Below are positions 52,995 through 61,457 of a stretch of 64,000 nucleotides of DNA, one piece after another (the stretch's first letter is position 1; every line of letters starts with the position of its first letter). The notes under the pieces are model-generated. The model worked only from the letters and a program-made list of their open reading frames with translations. It was not told where the DNA came from and did not search any database. This DNA comes from Comamonadaceae bacterium (GTDB lineage Bacteria > Pseudomonadota > Gammaproteobacteria > Burkholderiales > Burkholderiaceae_C), in contig CANFYZ010000004.1 of the NCBI GenBank assembly GCA_947451385.1, forward strand, positions 9,525 to 73,524. Reading direction: 5' to 3'. Both the position numbers and the translations under genes were made by a program.

Positions 52995-53921
52995 ATGCTT
53001 GGCCGCATTGTCGAAGTCGCCAACGACAAGCGCCACCTGTCCATGTACAGGGGATTCATGCTGGTGCACAGCACCGGAGATGACCGGCAGGAAGTCGGTC
53101 GCGTCGCACTGGACGACATGAGCGCCCTCATCGCCAATGCCCATGGCCTGAGCTACACCAACAACTTGCTGGTCACGCTGGCCGAACGCGGCATACCCAT
53201 GGTGCTGTGCGCGGCCAACCACAATGTGGTGGGCATGCTTTGGCCTGTTGAGGGCCACCACCAGCAAGCTCACCGCATGGAAGCGCAGCTGGCCTGCAGC
53301 CTGCCCACCCGCAAACGACTGTGGGCCACCATCGTCAAATCCAAGCTACTCAACCAGGCCGCGGTACTGGCTGCCACCGGTGCCCCAGACGCACCACTTC
53401 GACAGCTGGCACGCCAGGTCAAGAGCGGCGACCCGGAAAACGCCGAAGCCCAAGGTGCCCGCAAATACTGGGGTCTGCTCATGGGGCCGCTGTTCAGACG
53501 TGACCAGCAAGCCGACGGTGTGAACGCCATGCTCAACTTCGGCTACACCGTGTTGCGGGCCGCTACGGCACGGGCGGTGGTGGCCGCGGGTCTGCACCCC
53601 AGTCTGGGCCTGCACCACAGCCACGACAACAATGCCATGCGGTTGGTAGACGACCTGATGGAGCCCTTTCGCCCTGTCATCGACTGGACCGTCTGGCAGC
53701 TGCAAAGCCAGGGCCCCTGCGTGGTCAACGCCGACACCAAACGGGCACTGGTGCAAAGTCTCTACCAGGACTTGAAGGGCAATGCGGGCACCACCCCTGT
53801 GCTGGTGGCAGTGCAAAAACTGGCCACCTCGCTGGCGCTGGTCATGGTGGGCGAGCGCGACAAACTGGACCTGCCGCACGCTGGCGTGCCCCAGCGCCAC
53901 ACCGAACCCGATGACGAATGA
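52995..53921 (+). CDS. cas1: type II CRISPR-associated endonuclease Cas1
   Basis: 308 aa, type II Cas1-like throughout (MLGRIVEVANDKRHLSMYRGFMLV..., NAMLNFGYTVLRA, GLHPSLGLHHSHDNNAMRLVDDLMEPFRP). Confidence 0.95.
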   Translation: MLGRIVEVANDKRHLSMYRGFMLVHSTGDDRQEVGRVALDDMSALIANAHGLSYTNNLLVTLAERGIPMVLCAANHNVVGMLWPVEGHHQQAHRMEAQLACSLPTRKRLWATIVKSKLLNQAAVLAATGAPDAPLRQLARQVKSGDPENAEAQGARKYWGLLMGPLFRRDQQADGVNAMLNFGYTVLRAATARAVVAAGLHPSLGLHHSHDNNAMRLVDDLMEPFRPVIDWTVWQLQSQGPCVVNADTKRALVQSLYQDLKGNAGTTPVLVAVQKLATSLALVMVGERDKLDLPHAGVPQRHTEPDDE

Positions 53922-54268
53922 GTCGCCGGGTCAAAACCTCACTCAGTGGCTACCGAATCATGTGGATGCTGGTGATGTTTGATTCGCCTGTGGTCACCGC
54001 CCCTGAGCGACTGGCAGCCAACCAGTTCAGACTCAGCCTATTGGACATAGGGTTTTTGCGATGCCAACTGAGCGTGTACATGCGCTTTTGCACCAGCGCA
54101 GCGCAAGTGCAAACGTATTGCCAGCGGGTGGAAGCGGTTCTGCCCAATGGCGGACAGGTCAACATCATGCAACTGACCGACAAGCAATACGAACGGGTGA
54201 TCAGTTTTCAGGGCCGCAAAGCGCAGCCTCCGAAAAAAACACCCGATCAATTCGATCTTTTTGGCTGA
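53918..54268 (+). CDS. cas2: type II CRISPR-associated endoribonuclease Cas2
   Basis: 116 aa with an ATGA overlap on the cas1 stop. LSGYRIMWMLVMFDSPV...QLSVYMRFC is typical of type II Cas2. Confidence 0.9.
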   Translation: MSRRVKTSLSGYRIMWMLVMFDSPVVTAPERLAANQFRLSLLDIGFLRCQLSVYMRFCTSAAQVQTYCQRVEAVLPNGGQVNIMQLTDKQYERVISFQGRKAQPPKKTPDQFDLFG

Positions 54269-54334
54269 AGGCGCGGATTTGAACAGCCTCGAAAAGCAAA
54301 AACCCGTTGCAAAACAAAGAGTTAACGAGATTCG

Positions 54335-54700
54335 AGTCTAGTCGATTGGGAAATGCGCTCTGACCGGAACAAAAGGCACAGCAGCCCCGCATTCAAGAAT
54401 AGTCTAGTCGATTGGGAAATGCGCTCTGACCGGAACATCACCAACACTCAGGTTTCTGGCCTTGGCAGTCTAGTCGATTGGGAAATGCGCTCTGACCGGA
54501 ACAGTTGTCGGGCCACTTGCGTTCAGTCATTTAGTCTAGTCGATTGGGAAATGCGCTCTGACCGGAACCACTGCCTGGATCGCTCCAAACGGCAACCAAG
54601 TCTAGTCGATTGGGAAATGCGCTCTGACCGGAACTATTCAAGTTGCTGGTAGATGAACAAGGCGAGTCTAGTCGATTGGGAAATGCGCTCTGACCGGATC
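54335..54700 (-). CRISPR. CRISPR array: six 36-nt repeats and five 30-nt spacers (transcribed strand inferred from the tracrRNA)
   Basis: Repeat AGTCTAGTCGATTGGGAAATGCGCTCTGACCGGAAC (plus-strand reading) starts at 54335, 54401, 54467, 54533, 54599 and 54665. Spacers are 54371-54400, 54437-54466, 54503-54532, 54569-54598 and 54635-54664. The last copy has one substitution (54699, A to T). The minus-strand reading starts GTTCCGG..., the usual GTT start of type II repeats. Confidence 0.95.
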
Positions 54701-54734
54701 GCCAAGCAGGCGCGCAGGCTCGAAAGCCCCTAAG

Positions 54735-55697
54735 ATGCCCGGCATGCACAAACTCTCACCCCGCCAATGGCTGATTTTGATTTTGCTCACCGTGATCTGG
54801 GGCATCAACTGGCCGGTCATGAAAATCGGCGTCACCGGCTTTCCGCCGCTGACCTTTCGCATGGTCTGTCTGATGATGGGCACGCCGGTGCTGGGCGTGG
54901 CGCTGCTGTTTTTGAAAGTGCCGCTGCGCATTGAGCGCCAGCACTGGCCCGAGTTGCTGATTTTGGCGCTGTTCAATATGTTCATTTGGCACGGCATGAT
55001 CATCATTGCGGTGCAGTCCCTGTCCAGCGGACGGGCGGCGATTTTGGGCTACACCATGCCCATGTTCTCGGCGGTGATCGGTGCGCTGTTCTTTGGCAAC
55101 CGCTTGCCCACCCGCGCCTGGGGCGGCGTGGCGGCGGCGACGCTGGGTGTGGTGCTGTTGCTGTGGCATGAGCTGACGAACTTGACTGGCAAGCCCGTTG
55201 GCGTATTGCTGGCCTTGATTGCGGCCAGCACCTGGGCCCTGGGGACGCAGCTGCTGCGGCGCACGCGCATGCCGGTGCCGACCTTGGCGATTTCGTTTTG
55301 GATGACGCTGATGACCACCGTGGTCATGAGCGTGCTGGCCTTCTTGTTGGAGCGCGACCAGTGGCACGCCCCTTCCGAAGCCAACTTCATGGCCATGGTG
55401 TTCAACGCGGTGCTGGTGTTTGGCTTTGCGCATGCGGCCTGGTTTTATTTGGCGCGCAGCTTGCCGCCGGTGGCGTCCACCTTGAGCGTGATGCTGATTC
55501 CGGTGCTGGGCGTGTTCAGCGGCGCGCTGTGGCTGGGCGAGGTGCTGCACTGGCAAGACTGGGCCGCCGTGGTGCTGATGGTGGTGTCTATTTGCTCGGT
55601 ACTGTGGCCCACGGCCACACCTTCGCCAGCGGCTGAATCAGAGGCCGACGGTGCAAGTGATTCTGGGCGAGGCGAAAAACCGCGCAGCGTGGACTAA
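54735..55697 (+). CDS. EamA/DMT family transporter
   Basis: 320 aa, 10-TM-like, two EamA-type halves. The C-terminal tail is non-conserved. Confidence 0.8.
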   Translation: MPGMHKLSPRQWLILILLTVIWGINWPVMKIGVTGFPPLTFRMVCLMMGTPVLGVALLFLKVPLRIERQHWPELLILALFNMFIWHGMIIIAVQSLSSGRAAILGYTMPMFSAVIGALFFGNRLPTRAWGGVAAATLGVVLLLWHELTNLTGKPVGVLLALIAASTWALGTQLLRRTRMPVPTLAISFWMTLMTTVVMSVLAFLLERDQWHAPSEANFMAMVFNAVLVFGFAHAAWFYLARSLPPVASTLSVMLIPVLGVFSGALWLGEVLHWQDWAAVVLMVVSICSVLWPTATPSPAAESEADGASDSGRGEKPRSVD

Positions 55698-56554
55698 CTG
55701 CCGCCCTGCACCACTTGCAAGGCCAGGCACAAATCGGCCCAGGCTTTGCCTTTGTCGCTGGTGTTGCGCAGCAAGTAGGCAGGCGGGTAGGTCACGACCA
55801 CGGGCACGCCTTGGTAGTGGTGCACCTGGCCGCGCAGCTTGCCCAGCGGCTCGGTGCTTTGCAGCAGCGATTGCATGGCAAAACGCCCCATCACCAAAAT
55901 CACGCGCGGTTGTACCAGCGCCACTTTGCGCGACACATAGGCGGCGCAGCGGCGCAACTCTTCGGGTGCAGGGTTACGCGCATCGGGCGTGGCGCATTGC
56001 GTGGCATGCGTGAGGTAAGCGCCTTGTGCGCCCTCACCTGCGCGGCTCACGCCCACGGCTTTGAGCATGTTGTCCAGCAAGCGCCCCGCGTCGCCCGCAA
56101 AGGGTTGGCCTGTCGCGTTTTCCGCGTCGCCTGGGGCATCGCCCAGCACCAGCCAGTCAGCGTTCAGGCTGCCCGCGCCAAACACGCTGTGCTGGCGCTG
56201 TGCGCACAGGCCGCAGGCCTGGCAACTGGCCGCAGTGGTTTGCAGCGCGGTCCAATCCATCTCGGCCAAATCGGCCGACAGAGGGGGGTGCGCGGCATCA
56301 GGTTCGGGTTGGGTGGGTGGCGCTGGAGGGGGAGCTGTTCTGGCGGGTGTCGATGTGGGCGCGGGCGCGGGTGCAGGTGCAGGTGCAGGTGCAGGTGCAG
56401 GTGCAGGTGCTGGTGCAGGTGCTGGTGCGGGTGCTGGTGCGGGTGCGGCATCCACGGCTGCAGGGGCCCACACGCGCACACCCATTTCGGCCAGCATGGC
56501 GCGTTGACGTTCGTCCAAATCAAAGCGGGTGGGGTCGTTCATGGCCTCAGGCAT
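55694..56554 (-). CDS. uracil-DNA glycosylase, family 4 (Fe-S type) with an N-terminal Pro/Ala-rich extension
   Basis: C-terminal UDG4 core (CQACGLC...WLVLGDAPGDAE...GQPFAGDAG...). Lies downstream of tsaB-rimI, a commonly seen arrangement. Confidence 0.8.
   Translation of the reverse strand: MPEAMNDPTRFDLDERQRAMLAEMGVRVWAPAAVDAAPAPAPAPAPAPAPAPAPAPAPAPAPAPAPTSTPARTAPPPAPPTQPEPDAAHPPLSADLAEMDWTALQTTAASCQACGLCAQRQHSVFGAGSLNADWLVLGDAPGDAENATGQPFAGDAGRLLDNMLKAVGVSRAGEGAQGAYLTHATQCATPDARNPAPEELRRCAAYVSRKVALVQPRVILVMGRFAMQSLLQSTEPLGKLRGQVHHYQGVPVVVTYPPAYLLRNTSDKGKAWADLCLALQVVQGGS
56359..56448. repeat. imperfect hexanucleotide tandem repeat (GGTGCN)n encoding (Pro-Ala)n
   Basis: About 15 consecutive GGTGCA/GGTGCT/GGTGCG units on the plus strand. 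On the minus strand they translate to APAPAP... inside the UDG gene. Confidence 0.85.
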
Positions 56555-57052
56555 TCACAGTTTTTGGCTCATGACCAGCGCGGCTTCGCGCTGGCCTCTG
56601 CCCACAGGATAGTAATCTTTGCGCACGCCCACCTGCTTGAAGCCGTGGCTGCGGTACACATGGATGGCGCGGTGATTCGACTCGCGCACCTCCAGCCACA
56701 GCCACGCGCAGCCCTGGCCGCGCGCCCACAGTGCCAGCGCGTCCAGCATCAGCTTGGCCCAGCCCTGGCTGCGGTGCGCCAGCGACACGGTGATGTTGAG
56801 CAAATGCACTTCGTCCAGCACCTTCATGGCCACAAAGTAGCCGATCAATGTGGTGCCCGCCAGCAGGCGCTGCGCGGCGTAGCCGCTGGCCAGGGCGTCT
56901 TTGAAGTTGCCCACCGTCCAGGGATGGCCGTACACGCTTTGCTCGACCGCGATCACCGCGTCGAGGTCGTCGGTCGTCAGCGCCTCGAATCGGGCTGGCA
57001 CCGCAGAGGCATCGGCCGTCTCACCGGCCAAAGAGGGTCGGTGCAGGCTCAT
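56555..57052 (-). CDS. rimI: ribosomal-protein-alanine N-acetyltransferase
   Basis: 165-aa GNAT (RSQGWAKLMLD acetyl-CoA motif). 4-nt overlap with tsaB. Confidence 0.85.
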   Translation of the reverse strand: MSLHRPSLAGETADASAVPARFEALTTDDLDAVIAVEQSVYGHPWTVGNFKDALASGYAAQRLLAGTTLIGYFVAMKVLDEVHLLNITVSLAHRSQGWAKLMLDALALWARGQGCAWLWLEVRESNHRAIHVYRSHGFKQVGVRKDYYPVGRGQREAALVMSQKL

Positions 57053-57843
57053 GGCACCGAAGGGGGATCAGCGCGGCCTGCGGCGGTCACTTGCAGGGCT
57101 TGCGCAGCTTTCATGGCTTCGCGCTCGGCGCTGGTGTAAGCCACTTTGTCGCGCACATACAGCGGCATGGCCTGCTCGGGCGGCACCGCCAGACCGGCCT
57201 GAAACAGCGCAGGCGCCAAGCGCAGCAAGGCCTGCGCTGTGGGCAAGGCCTGCACATGCGGCGCGCCGGCAGGCAACAGGGCCGACAAACGCTCGCCATA
57301 CACCGCCAAGGCATTGCCGGCGCACAGGGCCACGCGGGAATGCAGGGCAGGTTCTAAGGCCACCGTCTCGGGTGGCCCTACTTGCAAACCTTGCAGCATG
57401 CGCCAACCTGAAGCCGGGCCTTGCCATTCGTAGGCCGCCGAGTACACCTCGCCCATGCGCGCGTCCAGCAGCGCCAGCACGCAGAGCGTCGCTTCGGTGT
57501 CAACGAGAGGCGGCTGCAAACCCCGCGCCTGCTCGGCCACGGCCAGCAAGGTGTCTACCGGCAAGACCGGCACACCGGCCCCAAACGCCAAGCCCTGCGC
57601 CACCGCACAGGCGGTGCGCAAACCGGTGAACGAACCGGGCCCGCGCCCGAACACAATCGCGTCGAGTTGCGGCAAAGTCCAGCCCGCCTGGGCCAGCAAG
57701 TCCAGCACCGCCGGAATCAAATGGGCCGAGGCCTGTGCACCGCCTGCGCCTTCGTAGGACCAAGTGCGCTCACCGTCCGACAGCGCGATCGACAGCGCGT
57801 CGGTGCTGGTGTCAAAGGCCAAAAATTTCAGGGTTGCACTCAT
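57049..57843 (-). CDS. tsaB: tRNA threonylcarbamoyladenosine biosynthesis protein TsaB
   Basis: 264 aa with a TsaB N-terminus (LAFDTSTDALSIAL...GRGPGSFTGLRTACAVAQGLA). Confidence 0.85.
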   Translation of the reverse strand: MSATLKFLAFDTSTDALSIALSDGERTWSYEGAGGAQASAHLIPAVLDLLAQAGWTLPQLDAIVFGRGPGSFTGLRTACAVAQGLAFGAGVPVLPVDTLLAVAEQARGLQPPLVDTEATLCVLALLDARMGEVYSAAYEWQGPASGWRMLQGLQVGPPETVALEPALHSRVALCAGNALAVYGERLSALLPAGAPHVQALPTAQALLRLAPALFQAGLAVPPEQAMPLYVRDKVAYTSAEREAMKAAQALQVTAAGRADPPSVP

Positions 57844-58796
57844 GGGGCTTTAGCAGGGCTGGCCGCTTGGCGCACGCCAAACAAAATACCGCCGGTCACC
57901 AAGGTGAGCCCGACCAGCAGGTTCCAATGCATGGGCTCTTGCAAAAACACCACCGCGCCCAGCGCCGACAGGCCCGGCACCAGGGCGGTGATCATGGTCG
58001 AGCGCACCGGACCGAAAGCGCGAATCATCTGGGTGAAACCGATGCCCGAAATCACCACCGAACCGACGCCTTGAAACAGCGCCTGAAAGGCGATTTCTTG
58101 CCACGACGCGCTCATCAAGTGGGTCGGCAAGTAGCCCAGCGCCACGGCCAAAACAAAGGCCGGCACAAAGGTCAGCAAAGCAAACACGGTGATGGCCATG
58201 GTGGCCCGCACCGCATCCAAACTGTGGCGGCGCACCGTGACGCTGTAGGCCGACCAACAGAAGGCGGCGGACATGAACAGCACATCGCCCTTCCACACAT
58301 CACCGCCTTCAAACGCTTTGAGCAAACTGGCGCCGCCGACCAACAGATCGCCCAAGACGATCAACACCAGGCCGGTGGCGCGGCTGGACGAGATCGGCTC
58401 GCGCAGCACCCACCAGGCCAGCAAGGTGGTCCACAAAGGCAGGCTGCCGGGCATCAGCACCGACGCATGGGCGGCCGGTGCGAAGAAAAATCCGTTGTAG
58501 GCCAGCAAGGCATACAGCAAGCCGCCGAGCAGGCCGGCCTGCAGCGTCACCCGCCAAGGCAAGGGCGAGAAGCCAAAGAATGAACCGACCGCCTGCCCGC
58601 TCCGGCGCGCCGGGCGCATCAGCCACCAGGCCCAGGGCACCAACACACTGCTGGCCCCCAGAATGCGGGCCAGCACAATGTCCAAAGGCAACAAATGGTG
58701 CGAGGCCGAGGCCCGGGCAATGACGATGAAAGAGGTCCAGATCAGCACCGTGATGGCCGCCGCAATCAGGCCCACGGTTCGGGGTTGAAAATGCAT
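57840..58796 (-). CDS. EamA/DMT family transporter
   Basis: Track ORF 57840-59591 trimmed to the ATG at 58794-58796 (MHFQPRTVGLIAAAITVLIWTSF). The upstream part of the track ORF is antisense to dacB. Confidence 0.8.
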   Translation of the reverse strand: MHFQPRTVGLIAAAITVLIWTSFIVIARASASHHLLPLDIVLARILGASSVLVPWAWWLMRPARRSGQAVGSFFGFSPLPWRVTLQAGLLGGLLYALLAYNGFFFAPAAHASVLMPGSLPLWTTLLAWWVLREPISSSRATGLVLIVLGDLLVGGASLLKAFEGGDVWKGDVLFMSAAFCWSAYSVTVRRHSLDAVRATMAITVFALLTFVPAFVLAVALGYLPTHLMSASWQEIAFQALFQGVGSVVISGIGFTQMIRAFGPVRSTMITALVPGLSALGAVVFLQEPMHWNLLVGLTLVTGGILFGVRQAASPAKAP

Positions 58797-58850
58797 GCCT
58801 CCGATGATACGTCCCCGCCCTGCCGCGCATCTGCCGTTAGACTGCCTGTC

Positions 58851-60401
58851 ATGCGTTTGTTTGCTGTTTCTCCTCCGCTCAGCCCTTGGGCTGTGGCACT
58901 GAGCGGGCTGCTGGCGGTGTGCCCGCTGCACGCGGCACCCTCCCATGCCAACCCCACGCGCGCGAAATTGCAGCGGGCTCCTGCCACCATGCCCTTGCCC
59001 GCCGAGGTGCGCCAGGCCTTGGCCCAGGCCCATGTGCCGCCAGAGGCATTGAGCGTGATGATCGCGCCGCTGCCGGCCAGTACCCCAGCGCCCGCCCACC
59101 CAGCGCCCACCCACCCGCTGCCCGCCAGGCTGCGCCACCGTGCCCAAGAAAGCATGAACCCGGCCTCGGTGATGAAGCTGATCACCACCTACGCCGGTCT
59201 GTCGCTGTTGGGGCCCGACTTCACCTGGCGCAACCGCGTGTATGTGGACGGCAGCGTCAGCAATGGTGTGCTGCAAGGCCATTTGATTGTGCGCGGCAGC
59301 GGCGACCCCAAGCTGGTGCTGGAGCGGGTGCAAGCCCTGATTGAACAAATTCAGGCCGCAGGCGTGCGCGAGGTGCACGGCGACATCGTGCTCGACCGCA
59401 GCGTGTTCGACATCCCGCCGCGCGAGCCCGGCAGTTTCGATGACGATGCCCTGCGCCCCTACAACGCCACCCCTGACGGCTTGCTGGTCAACTTCAAATC
59501 GCTGATCTACAGCTTCACCCCCGACCCCGCAGCAGGCGTGGCCCGGGTGCAGGCCGAGCCGCCCCTGGCGGGCCTGAGCGTGCCCGCGCAAGTGCCGCTG
59601 AGCTCAGGGCCTTGCAACGACTGGCGCAGTAGCTTGCGCGGTCAATTTGGCTCGGCCACACAAGTGCAGTTTGGCGGCAGCTTCAGCGCCCAATGCGGCC
59701 CCAAAACATGGCCAGTGGCCTATGCCGCGCCTGAGCAGTTTGCCGCGCGCATGATTCAAGCCCTGTGGCAAGCCGCTGGCGGCCGCTTGACCGGCCAAGT
59801 GCGCGAGGGCCGCACCCCGACCAGCGCCCGCTTGCTGACCGAAGCGCCGTCTTTGCCGCTGTCAGACATCGTGGCCGACATCAACAAGTTTTCCAACAAC
59901 GTCATGGCCCAGCAACTGTTCCTCAGCCTGTCCAGCCAAAACAACCAAGCGGCGCGTTTCGACGCCTCTCGGCAGCGCTTGTTGCAATGGTGGCAAGCCA
60001 ATTTGCCCGAGCAACCGGCGCCGGTGCTGGAAAACGGCTCCGGCTTGTCGCGTCATGAGCGCAGCAGCGCTGCCGCCATCACCCGCCTCTTGCAACTGGC
60101 AGCCCAGGGGCCGCATGCGCAGGCGTTTCAAAACTCTTTGGGCTTGGCGGGGGTGGATGGCACGGTCGCGCGCTTGAAAGACCGCCACCCGAACGCCGCC
60201 GCCATTGGCCAAGCCTGGCTGAAAACCGGCACCCTGCGTGACGTGATCTCGCTCGCCGGCTACGTCCAAGGTCAGAGCGGCCAGCGCTATACCCTGGTGG
60301 CCATCGTCAACCACGCCAACGCCAATGATGCGCGGCCCGCGCTCGATCATTTGCTGGAGTGGACGGTGCGCGACGCCCAACCGGCGACAATCAAGCCATG
60401 A
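58851..60401 (+). CDS. dacB: D-alanyl-D-alanine carboxypeptidase/endopeptidase (PBP4)
   Basis: Trimmed to the ATG at 58851, which gives a signal peptide. PBP4 motifs (PASVMKL with S-x-x-K, ENGSGLSR, KTGTL). Confidence 0.85.
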   Translation: MRLFAVSPPLSPWAVALSGLLAVCPLHAAPSHANPTRAKLQRAPATMPLPAEVRQALAQAHVPPEALSVMIAPLPASTPAPAHPAPTHPLPARLRHRAQESMNPASVMKLITTYAGLSLLGPDFTWRNRVYVDGSVSNGVLQGHLIVRGSGDPKLVLERVQALIEQIQAAGVREVHGDIVLDRSVFDIPPREPGSFDDDALRPYNATPDGLLVNFKSLIYSFTPDPAAGVARVQAEPPLAGLSVPAQVPLSSGPCNDWRSSLRGQFGSATQVQFGGSFSAQCGPKTWPVAYAAPEQFAARMIQALWQAAGGRLTGQVREGRTPTSARLLTEAPSLPLSDIVADINKFSNNVMAQQLFLSLSSQNNQAARFDASRQRLLQWWQANLPEQPAPVLENGSGLSRHERSSAAAITRLLQLAAQGPHAQAFQNSLGLAGVDGTVARLKDRHPNAAAIGQAWLKTGTLRDVISLAGYVQGQSGQRYTLVAIVNHANANDARPALDHLLEWTVRDAQPATIKP

Positions 60402-60652
60402 ATTTGATCGACGTGATCGGCTCGTTGGCCGCCTTTCTCACCACCGCCAGCTTTGTGCCGCAAGCCTGGCACACCTTCCGCACCCGTGACGTGAGCGGCA
60501 TCTCGCTGGGCATGTACAGCTTCTTCACCCTGGGCGTGGCCCTGTGGCTGGTCTACGGCTTGCTGCTGATGGCCTGGCCCATCATCATCGCCAATGTCAT
60601 CACCACCAGCCTGGCGCTGATGATTTTGCTGATGAAGCTGCGCTATCGCTGA
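60398..60652 (+). CDS. SemiSWEET / PQ-loop family small membrane transporter
   Basis: 84 aa, three TM helices, PQ motif (SFVPQAW). Its ATG overlaps the dacB stop (ATGA at 60398-60401). Confidence 0.65.
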   Translation: MNLIDVIGSLAAFLTTASFVPQAWHTFRTRDVSGISLGMYSFFTLGVALWLVYGLLLMAWPIIIANVITTSLALMILLMKLRYR

Positions 60653-60671
60653 GTGGGTTGGGCTCCCTGTT

Positions 60672-61457
60672 TTAAGCCACCAGCAAGGCTTTTTTGTGCA
60701 TCGCCGCCAGCCACAAATTGTCAACGTCACTCAGCTCCTGCTTATCAAAGCCACTGGCCACCTCCCAGTAGCGGCCTGAGGGCACCATGTAAGCCAAGCG
60801 GGCTTCCGTCCGCAACGCCGCGTCAATGGCTTGTGCGTCCAAATCCAAGGTCTCAAGGCCATTCCATTCTGCGGCAGCAGCACAGGCTTTCAGTTGAGAA
60901 AAACTGACTCTTGGAAAAAGCAAGCGCGAGGTCGCCTGTTCAGACAAATTCACCACCGCACAACCTTGCCGCTGGGCCAGGGCCATGAGACGCACCGACT
61001 TGGCCTCCAGGCTCTGCAATGTGACGTCTTGACGCAAAGGGTCGGCCACGCCTTGGCCATAAAAATGCGTCGCCTGCCCGGGATCTGAGGCATACACCAT
61101 GTCGCAACCGACATAGGCAATGACATCGGGCTGCAACGCCCCCAAGGCCCAGTAGCCCGCGGTGAAAGCCATCGTCCCGCCGGCATAGACGAAGCCGCCA
61201 AAACGGTTTTGTACTGGCACAAATTCATTGGCGGTGATGAGTCGTTTTCCGCCGGTTTGGCCCCAATGGGGGTGCCGGTCTGAAGGAAAGTCTTCGGGAT
61301 AAATCAAACAATCCCAAGTTTCACAGACTTGCCAAGCGTTGTTGATCACCACGCGCTGTGCAAAAAAGGACGTATCGCAACCCGAAACCCTCAGGGCGTC
61401 CGGCGCACTGCCCACGATCAATACCATTTTTATATCGGATTTCACATCGGCCTTCAT
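60672..61457 (-). CDS. hypothetical protein (possibly DUF115/MptE-like Rossmann-type fold)
   Basis: 261-aa ORF with ATG at 61455-61457. The pattern VLIVGSAPDA...INNAW...GGTMAFTAGYWALGALQPDVIAYVGCDMVY resembles DUF115-type proteins from memory only. The region has lower G+C. Confidence 0.55.
   Translation of the reverse strand: MKADVKSDIKMVLIVGSAPDALRVSGCDTSFFAQRVVINNAWQVCETWDCLIYPEDFPSDRHPHWGQTGGKRLITANEFVPVQNRFGGFVYAGGTMAFTAGYWALGALQPDVIAYVGCDMVYASDPGQATHFYGQGVADPLRQDVTLQSLEAKSVRLMALAQRQGCAVVNLSEQATSRLLFPRVSFSQLKACAAAAEWNGLETLDLDAQAIDAALRTEARLAYMVPSGRYWEVASGFDKQELSDVDNLWLAAMHKKALLVA

Noticed and set aside
54353-54749. ORFs 54353-54652 (+) and 54531-54749 (-) with the reiterated peptide SLVDWEMRSDRN / SGQSAFPNRLD
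   Set aside because: These are translations of the CRISPR repeats. The periodic peptide repeat is an artefact of the 66-nt repeat-spacer unit being a multiple of three.
55715-57139. 474-aa plus-strand ORF including a CRCRCRC run
   Set aside because: Antisense to the UDG and rimI genes. The Cys-Arg run is only the (GGTGCN)n microsatellite read in another frame.
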